Below are positions 54,919 to 64,000 of a DNA stretch of 64,000 bases, one piece after another. Source of the stretch: Octopus sinensis (Eukaryota); NCBI RefSeq assembly GCF_006345805.1, contig NC_043001.1, forward strand, positions 9,362,001 to 9,426,000, written 5' to 3'. The stretch's first letter is position 1. Every line of letters starts with the position of its first letter. Under the pieces are notes generated by a model. It searched no databases. It was not told where the DNA came from and saw only the letters and a list, made by a program, of their open reading frames with translations. Made by a program: the position numbers and the translations under genes.

Positions 54919-55009
54919 TATCCTCCCTGATGAGATTGATCCATTATTCAACACTATTCTTCCTCTCGGATTTATTGTAATGCATCTATCGAAACATATG
55001 TCGGTGATA
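54919..55009 (+). ncRNA. Type I hammerhead with long stem II (inverted partner of 54299)
   Basis: TATCCTCC-CTGATGA-GATTGAT..ATCTATC-GAAAC-ATAT-GT-C-GGTGATA; palindromic stem III ACATATGT, GUC triplet. Confidence 0.7.
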
Positions 55010-55348
55010 TGGTGCTATAAATGATTTAAATAACATCTTGAGCGTTTCTCTCATTTTTCCTTTATTCTAATGTTTTCCAAAAGACGTCTCGCTTCTCCCC
55101 GGAATAAATTCCCAGGCCTCTGACGTTTATGTGACATCTGGCTACATTGTAATTGTTCCTGTGAATCTTTCCAATAACTTTAACATTCCTATATATATAT
55201 ATGTGTGTGTGTGTGTGCGTGTGTATGTGTGTGCATGTATATATGTATGTATATGTGAGTGTATACATATATACATATATATACATGCATATATGTGTAT
55301 ATACATATATATATATACATACATATATATATACATACATATATATAT

Positions 55349-55419
<71 letters not shown>

Positions 55420-55639
55420 GTATAAGCAAATGAATGATAAGTGATGATGGATAAATGTCAGCTCATTACAGTTGTTTCTTACGCATTTTTTACAGAAGAA
55501 TGAGTACATAATTTCACTTGAATAAACTGTAATCATCAGATGTAACTTTAATAATTCCATTCCAGCTCCACTCGTCCTCTTATTACAAGTGGATTTCACT
55601 CTCCCAAATATCATATTTGTCTCTATATCAACATCCTCT

Positions 55640-55713
<74 letters not shown>

Positions 55714-56193
55714 ATGCGTGTGTATTTATGTAGCGTAGCCTCCTGTTAAAGTGAATATAACCAGTTAGCACACCCTATGTATTCACAAATTGTTTTAGGT
55801 GCGGAATATAGTCACGGGAAGACATGAATGCATTGTTTCGGCCCTCCTACTCTCTACTAAGCGGAACATCGCAGACGTGACTGGTTGGCAATAGAGGGCG
55901 CTGTATCATCACTGCGTTGATTCACGTTTACAGTTGATTAGAATGGAATAACTTCAAATGAAAAAATACGTCTTGCTCAGAAACGTAACACGCCACCATG
56001 TCAGGGAATCGAACGCACGGCTTCATGGTCATTAGTCCAACATATTAATCACTTGGTCACGTATCTTTACATGTAGAGTCTATTAATATTGATGGGGGAT
56101 AGGAGTTTTCTAAGAATAAACAAACGGTAGACTCACTGGACATATACTTTCATGATGTCTTACAGTCAGTAGTGTGTATTATAATGCATTATA

Positions 56194-56628
56194 TGGGTCT
56201 TTTCGGTTTGAACGGCAGTTTTTTCTAGCGGTGTCATATGAAATTGTCACCCATAATTATGACCCTAGTATCGATCTATTGCATTTCAATCTGTTTTAGG
56301 GTTAGAGTTAGTTAGGGTTAGAGTTATGGGTGGGGGAAAAGGTATCTTTTTTTCTTCACAAATGTAAATAAACCCGAACTGTTTCTTAAACGAAGGACAT
56401 ATTCATACAGCACAGAATGTTTTTTACCTCAATAGACGTCACTGATTGGTTGAAATTGCAGAAATTGAGGAAAAAAACAACAAATATCTTACAAACTATA
56501 GAATTTTCTCAATAAAGCCAAGAGAAAAAGATGTTTTATAAACACATTCTACCAATACACGAAGTTTACAATTTTTTAGTTACCTAGAAATTATGTTAAA
56601 AACTGCCGTTCAAACCGAAAAGATCCCA
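56194..56628. mobile_element. MITE with TIRs of about 30 bp and an internal TTAGGG-like patch
   Basis: TIR TGGG(A)TCTTTTCGGTTTGAACGGCAGTTTTT at both ends; TTATA duplicated on both flanks. Confidence 0.85.
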
Positions 56629-57060
56629 TTATAGAACTAAAGATTTGTACTTGAACTAATCGATACAGCGTTGGACAAATATGTGAAGAATCGTTGATTT
56701 ATGGCACATTACAGGCACCAGTTACCCTACCACCTTCACCCGTCTTACCATTTCTTCGGGTTTCCCATCAATGATGGTATAATTCTGAAATTCTCAACTC
56801 TTCAATAAAACACAGATTTAAGACTTCCCATCACCATTGACGCATCGAATTACGGTTTTCTTGAATTCATGTTTACAGCAATGGCTACTTTCCATGTTTT
56901 GGGTCTTTTTTTTCACATGCTTTGTTATTTTCGCAAGGGGTATTTTACTGGTTTAACTCCCACTAAAACATGATTATCAAGTTTTGTATTGAATTAGTTT
57001 TAGGGCAATGAATACAAACGGTCTGACAAAACGTACAATTTTCTTCTTCTTCAGTTTCTT

Positions 57061-57661
57061 CGGTGTATGAGCGCATACCCAAACAGCTGTTTTATGGTGA
57101 CCTTGCAGAGGGAAAACGCTATCGGCGTAAACCTAAAAAAAAAAAGGTTTCAGGACGGCATAAGGACCACTATGAAGTCACTTGGAATGGATCCAGAAGA
57201 CATAGAAACCATTGCTTCGGACCGAGCTAGATGGCTAACAAAAGGTGTGGAGTGGAGTGAAAGTGTTTGCTAAGGCCAGGATAACGCATGCAAAACTCGA
57301 AAGAGATTTAAAGAAGAATGTTACGGTCGAGGTAAATGGCAATGACCTTTATGTGTGCACAGCTTGTGACAGAACATGACTTTATTTTGATGGGCTCAAA
57401 TCTCATTTGCGAACGCATGGAAAACAAACCTCCACCAACTATTCTGCCTATATGTCTGTGCACATATTTAAATGCAGTGCATGCCAGAAGGTTTGCAAAT
57501 CTGATGGAGGCTTCAAAATACATTTTAAGACCCACAAAGATCAGAACTTATCTGCAGCTCTTGGTGGTCCAAATCGTATATGCAATCTATGTGGGTGTCT
57601 TTTCAGAACACTGTCTGGTTTAAAAAGCCGCATCAGATGCCATGATTGTTCTAAGGGGTAG
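57061..57661 (+). mobile_element. RTE (BovB-like) LINE 3' end with three C2H2 zinc fingers, pseudogenised
   Basis: ERIPKQLFYGDLAEGKR..KP/KKRFQD..ASDRARW, then CTACDRT*..HLRTH, CSACQKVC..HFKTH, CNLCGCLF..(R)IRCH. Confidence 0.75.
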
Positions 57662-58299
57662 GTACAGGAGGTGGTCAAACTCTGCACAAGGAGTAGACAA
57701 CTACCATATGTGTATCCTCTATTTTGAGCGGAAAGGTATTTTTGCAACGGTATCTACTTTACTTCCATTTTCTCCATCAGTACTGTGACCTTCCTTTTCA
57801 AATTTTGCTCACTTTCCGCTCGAAGGTTTCTAGACTTGACAGTTTTTATTGTACAGTCAGTTTTCTCTTGGCACGTTGCTGACCTAATGGTAATAATAAA
57901 GTTCTCTTCGACACAATACTAGATTTACAAAGAGCCGTGCCAAAATTTTTGATTATGTAAATTTTAAAATACCTGAAATAATAACGCTCTGAATTATTCT
58001 TGTTTGCTTTCCCGACCGTTCCTCCATATTTTCGCTTACCAACAACGTAAGGTGCATTCTGAAGTGACAATATCCGCTTTCTTATTCCCACTTCCTGGTC
58101 GAATGAATTCATTTTCATACAGAAAATGCTATATGAACAGACATACTGTCGTAGATTTCTTTAACGACATCTTACATCTTATTAACGCTTTGTCTCCGCA
58201 TTCGCATTCAGTCGATTGTCTCTGAGGTATGAGATTTTCTCAATAAGCTCTCCATGTCTATATTGGAAGTTTCCAGGAATGTTTTACTCAGCTGTTCAT

Positions 58300-58660
58300 T
58301 AAATAACTAGCCATTGGGAATATTCAGAAAGTTATTGTCTTCCTCTGGTCCTTGTCAAATAATTGCAATTTGTCCAGGCTCTTCATTTGTTCTTCAGCTT
58401 CAGGCGAATGCTTTTCATAACTTCCTTTTCTTTGTCTCTCCGTTAATCTTCTCCTCTCCTTCTATTAATGTAAAGATGTTATTCTGATCAGCCGTTCACT
58501 CGTTGCAAACGTAAAATCACTACGTCACCATCCACCGTCTTCCTTCTTTCCAATGGTACTTCAACATAATTTTCTGGACAATGAACTACAATAAACCGCA
58601 ACACCGCCATCATTAGTTTACACAGCGTCTTTGGCAACAATTACAACGTCCATGAAATAA
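58300..58660 (-). mobile_element. Possible decayed R4/Dong N-terminal fragment
   Basis: Residual FATSERL/DQ-type motif; weak. Confidence 0.25.
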
Positions 58661-59450
58661 ACACAAGCTATCTTTAAATACGCTGTGAGATGTGGTGCCT
58701 TTAATATTACTACCTACTCTAGCATTACATTATTTAACATACTTCTTTGTCGAATTACATTATGCAAGAATTAATTTGCTTTACGAATCGTCCGGGAAAT
58801 CCCACTCGGTAAAATTTCATGTTTATTATTAGTTGCTAATTGCTAGGCTGCAAAGGAAATCTGTTTATGAGATTGTTAACAATTAGTTGAAGTTGCAGCT
58901 TAAGCAACTAATCTTTCTTTTTATTATTATTTTTTATACCTTTTGCTGGTTTCAGCCGGGGGCTGAGGCCACGCTACAGCACCACCTTCCAGCGGATTTA
59001 CGTTTCTTTGCTCGACTATTTCTGGTGAAATAGCGAGTTGGACCGAGCTGTTCTTCTCTGTGCCTCCTACCGTGATGTGAGTTCATCTAGAATGGTGCAT
59101 AAAAATTTGTTCAGACACTCTTTTGAAGACCACCACGTCTGCACCAATCGCAGCAGCTCGTCTCTTTCACCGAATCGATCTTTTTTTAATTATGTAAATT
59201 TTAAAATACCTTAAATAATAACTTGTTTGCTTTCCCGACCGTCTCACATTACTTTCGCTTATTAACAACCTAAGGTGCATTCTGAAGTGACAATATATGT
59301 TCCCTTATTCCCACTTCCTGTATAGTGGATTTGGACTGCCCCAAGTTCAGCTACCAGTTAACACTCTGCAATGACCATAGGTGGGAGCAGTAATACAGAC
59401 CACTGAGAACGAAAACTCTCAGTAGAAGTAGTATAGTATATCCTATAATG

Positions 59451-59575
59451 CAGTTCTATATTTAAGAGATGAGGAATTATTTGCATTATTTACATTCAAC
59501 GGATATTTGTCCTCATCTTGTTTGTTGTTAACACAACGTTTTGGCTGGTGTATACCCTCCAGGCTTCATCAGGTT
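59451..59575 (-). mobile_element. Family H1 HHR element, degenerate
   Basis: Reverse complement AAAC-CTGATGA-AGCCTG..CAGCC-AAAAC-GT-T-GTGTT. Confidence 0.7.
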
Positions 59576-59656
59576 TACTGGGGTTGATTCGTTCGACTAC
59601 AGACAGTGCTCCAGCATAGCCGCAGTCAACTGACTGAAACAAGTCAAAGTATAAAG

Positions 59657-59674
59657 AATGTGTGTGTGTGTGTG

Positions 59675-59712
<38 letters not shown>

Positions 59713-59727
59713 GTGTGTGGTGTGTGT

Positions 59728-59773
<46 letters not shown>

Positions 59774-59832
59774 GTGTGTGTGCGTGTGTGTGTGTGTGTG
59801 TGTGGTGTGTGTGTGTGTGTGTGTGTGTGTGT

Positions 59833-59902
<70 letters not shown>

Positions 59903-59905
59903 CAC
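59657..59905. repeat. (TG)n microsatellite
   Basis: Direct inspection. Confidence 0.95.
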
Positions 59906-60282
59906 ACGAGTGCGTGCGAACAAGCTCGGTTGCTGTATATTCTGTCTTAGTACGTCTCGACCTGTTCAAACATCAATTCCCAAATGACTGGCTCGTTACA
60001 GAGGAACAATTCCTCTTTTACGATGTATGTTTGTTAACAACGCCCCCGAGTCATTAGCATAATGACTCTGGGACACTTGCAGTTTCGACATCATTGCGTC
60101 CCGTTAGCCAAAGGCAATCAGACTAAGGAATCTAACAGGAGTAGAAGGCTCTTCTTTGTAACTCCAGCGAGCAAACTTTGTTTGTTGACGAGTGCTGATA
60201 CCCAAAGGAGCGAAGGTTTGCAAACAGTTCGTTCACTGCACTTATAAACAAGGGTTTCGAACACTCTCAATATGTATGTATA

Positions 60283-60660
60283 TGGCGGCGATCTGACAGA
60301 AACGTCAACACACCGGACGAAATGCTTAGCGGTATTTCGTCTGCCGCTACGTTCTGAGTTCAAATTCCGCCGAGGTCGTCTTTGCCTTTCATTCTTTCAG
60401 GGTCGATTAAAAAAGTACTAGTTGCACACTGGGTCGATATAATCGACTTAATCCGTTTGTTTGTTCATTTTTATCCTCTCTGTTTCGCTCTTTGTAGATA
60501 GCAAAGAAATAGGTATTCCGTCTGTTTTTTACGTTTTGAGTTCAAATTCGGCCGAAGTTGACTTTGCCTTTTATCCTTTCGGGGTTGATAAATAAAGTAC
60601 CAGTTGCCGCCTGGCCGCCTCCCCCAAAAGTTTGGGCCTTGTGCCTAAAGTAGAAAAGAA
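60283..60660 (+). mobile_element. SINE family C with a second partial module and alternative tail
   Basis: Homologous to 37655-37900. Confidence 0.8.
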
Positions 60661-60693
60661 TATGTATGTATTTTTTATTATTTTTTTATTCTC

Positions 60694-61042
60694 TTATTTG
60701 TTTCAGTTATTAAACTGCGGCCATGCTGGGGCACCGACTCGAAGAAATCTAGTCGAACAAATCGGCAGTAGTACTTATTTTTAAGTCTCGTACTTATTTT
60801 ATCGATATATCTTTTGCCGAACCGCTAGCTTACAGGGACGTATACAAACACGGGTTGTCAAGCCGCGGTGGAGCAAAAAAAAACACACTCACACACAAAT
60901 GTGTGGGCTTCTTTCAGTTTCCGCCAACTTTGGTCGACCCGAGGCTATAGTAGAAGATACTCGACCAAAGTGTCACGCTGTGGGACTGAACTCGGAACCA
61001 TGTGGTTGGGAACCAACCTTCTTACCACATGGTTATGCCCTC
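60694..61042 (-). mobile_element. Diverged SINE family A
   Basis: Tail to head recognisable. Confidence 0.75.
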
Positions 61043-61182
61043 GTCTATAACATAAATGATCATGCCATCGTTTTGTATTCAACAATAGATGATGCGATGA
61101 CCACACGAATGGAACGTATTTGATCATACAGCGATTCCTCGCTACTTCGCGGTTCAATTATCGCGGATTCACGACTTCGCGG

Positions 61183-61231
<49 letters not shown>

Positions 61232-61599
61232 CACCTACAATTTTTCATTAAATCCATTAAAATATTAATAACAAATATTATTTCCTAGTCTAGGAACAAC
61301 AAAACAAGCGTTAAATAACAAAAAAGCATATACAGAGGTATTTGAACTTGAGACGGGCTGTGATTGGTGCAATGGAGAGAGAGACGACGAATCACAGCTT
61401 TCTATTTTGTAATCTGGCCTGTGATTGGTGCGTTGGCCGATGCTCAAACCCGCAGCATCTTCCCTTGTCTCTCTCTTTCTCTCTCTCTCGCTGCCATTTT
61501 GCTTCAAGCTTTCTCGCCGAGTGGTTTACTGTACTAATTTACGCTGTGCTGTGTGTGATTCTTTTTGGGGTTTTTTTCTTTGCGATTTCATCCCCTGCA

Positions 61600-61740
61600 A
61601 TGGGTCCCAAGCGTGCTGCTTCTTCCAAGCCTGGTACTGAGACTAAACGCAAACGAAGAATGATGACGGTCGCTGAGAAGGTAAAACTTCTGGATATGTT
61701 GAAGGAAGGAAGATCTTTCGCTGCCGTAGCCCGCCATTTT
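61600..61740 (+). pseudogene. Truncated pogo/Tigger transposase N-terminal HTH
   Basis: MGPKRAASSKPGTETKRKRRMMTVAEKVKLLDMLKEGRSFAAVARHF, CENP-B/psq-type HTH; the rest is deleted. Confidence 0.7.
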
Positions 61741-61867
61741 AGATATGAATCACGGAAGACTACACCACCATCATTCACATTTCGCGTTGAGTACAGTAAC
61801 AATCTTTATTTTTTTAAATCTAAAGTGTTATTGCTTAACAGTTATTAATTTTGTTATTAATTTTTTT

Positions 61868-62092
61868 TTATTGCCCACAAGGGGCTGAACAGAGGGGACA
61901 AACAAGGACAGACAAACAGATTATGTCGATTACATCGACTCCAGTGCGTAACTGGTACTTAATTTATCGACCCCGAAAGGATGAAAGGCAAAGTCGACCT
62001 CGGCGGAATTTGAACTCAGAACGCAGCAGCGGACGAAATAACACAAAGCATTTCGCCTGGCTTGCTAACGTTTCTGCCAGCTCGCCACCTTG
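61868..62092 (-). mobile_element. SINE family C inserted in the Tigger derivative
   Basis: Homologous to 37655-37880. Confidence 0.85.
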
Positions 62093-62757
62093 TTATTAAT
62101 AGATTACTGTAATGCGTGGGTTGTTAACGGTACAAGGAGGATTTAAAAAGTGCAAATAGACGTTAAATAAATACTGTAAATATGGTGTCCTTACTTCGCG
62201 GAAATTCAGTTATCACGACCGGTCTCGGAATCAATCTACCGCGATAAACGATGGATCATTGTATATGTTTCCAGTCAGGGTTGACTAGGGAACAAACTAT
62301 TAGACTAGCAATGAAATACGCTTAACACTGACTAGGATGAACTTAGATATTTATCCTCCTTTGAAGGGATAAATAAATAAAACTGAAGTGAATTTAAGAG
62401 ACAATGTTCTTATACAAATACCATTATTGTCTCTGTGAAAACAGATCAATATTCTTACAATTTTAAATTGCCAGTTTTCAATCTATTTCGTTTTCTTTTA
62501 TAAATGAAAACTAAATAATGATAGCAAATATATTCACTAAATAAGATCTGTGATTGAGTATCGATTCTTGGAAATTATTTCAAAAATGTTTCTTTCTCTT
62601 ACCAAAAGAACGTCATGTGAATTGTATTTGTTTCTTTTTCAATTTTTCAAGAGTTCTTTGTTTATTCTTTAACTCATTTTTCTTCAGACATTAACACAAA
62701 AGAACGCAGACATATAAATAACAGAGATCTTACGTATACACCTATGTATATATATGC

Positions 62758-62881
<124 letters not shown>

Positions 62882-62900
62882 CATATATATATATATACAC

Positions 62901-62937
<37 letters not shown>

Positions 62938-62939
62938 AC

Positions 62940-62970
<31 letters not shown>

Positions 62971-63104
62971 CACACATATGTATGTATATACACATACATA
63001 TGTAAACGTACATACACTTGTATATAAACAAACATACATACATAAATATCTATATGTATATGTATATATATATATATGTGTGTGTGTGTGGTGTGTGTGT
63101 GTGT

Positions 63105-63300
63105 GTATACAATATATATGTATATATATGTGGGTGGGTGCAGGGGTGTGTGTATGTATGTGTGCGTTACGTCGTTTTTGTCTATTCTCCCCGTTTTCAC
63201 TTGAAGCGATATTGTTCTCTGTAACTCACTTCTAGAACATTGAACGCCATCTGTCAACTTTTATAAATCATTTTAATATATGATTCTTGTTCAGAACACA

Positions 63301-63376
<76 letters not shown>

Positions 63377-63528
63377 CACATATATATAAATATATATATA
63401 TATGTATGTATCAAAAGCCGCTTTGACAAAGGTGGAAAGAGGAAAGATGATTACAATGGTGGTGCTCCAGCATGGCCACAGTCATTGGACTCAAACATAT
63501 AAAAGAATAAAAGATTATATGTGCATAG

Positions 63529-63560
<32 letters not shown>

Positions 63561-63609
63561 GCAATCTCTCTCTCTCTCTCTCTCTCTCTTTCACGCACAT
63601 ATATATATG

Positions 63610-63650
<41 letters not shown>

Positions 63651-63884
63651 ATACAATATATATGTATATATATGTGGGTGGGTGCAGGGGTGTGTGTATG
63701 TATGTGTGCGTTACGTCGTTTTTGTCTATTCTCCCCGTTTTCACTTGAAGCGATATTGTTCTCTGTAACTCACTTCTAGAACATTGAACGCCATCTGTCA
63801 ACTTTTATAAATCATTTTAATATATGATTCTTGTTCAGAACACACACACATACACACACACACACCACACACCCACAAACACAA

Positions 63885-63917
<33 letters not shown>

Positions 63918-64000
63918 CACACATATATATAATATATATATATATGTATGTATCAAAAGCCGCTTTGACAAAGGTGGAAAGAGGAAAGATGATTACAATG
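63105..64000 (+). repeat. Near-identical tandem duplication, period about 544 bp
   Basis: Unique segment gtgggtgggtgcagggg..gatgattacaatg begins at 63105 and again at 63649; the second copy runs off the window. Confidence 0.9.

Larger units (their letters stand above)
61129..62261 (+). mobile_element. Tigger/pogo-type (Tc1/mariner superfamily) non-autonomous derivative
   Basis: TA-flanked imperfect TIRs (CAGCGATTCCTCGCTACTTCGCGG and reverse complement CAATGATCCATCGTTTATCGCGG); internal transposase N-terminus. Confidence 0.75.

Noticed and set aside
56296-56325. Telomere or telomere-addition site
   Set aside because: Only a few imperfect TTAGGG units, internal to a MITE.
57377-57379. In-frame TGA in the RTE zinc finger as recoding
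   Set aside because: The copy has other frameshifts and a His loss; a simple TGY to TGA mutation is more parsimonious.

Overview
Eukaryotic, very AT-rich, non-coding genomic DNA, most likely from an octopus (inferred from recognising the SINE and LINE families and the compound TA/CA/TAA microsatellites; not database-verified). I find no convincing host-gene exon, and almost all ORFs in the track are microsatellite read-throughs. The window is a mosaic of tRNA-derived SINEs (several with clear target-site duplications, some nested or chimeric), decayed R4/Dong-type and RTE LINEs, Penelope-like element (PLE) relics, a Tigger/pogo derivative, a MITE and two minisatellites. The main signal is a dense set of about 19 type I hammerhead-ribozyme (HHR) motifs from about 7 unrelated sequence families. 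The best candidate for an undescribed system is a head-to-tail array of about 502-bp units (38370-40292). Each unit carries an intact HHR, which is the architecture of a retrozyme able to release about 500-nt monomers or circRNAs. A second HHR family has a non-canonical CCGACGA core and sits in a 74-bp-arm palindrome. All ribozyme calls are from manual folding, so activity is untested.
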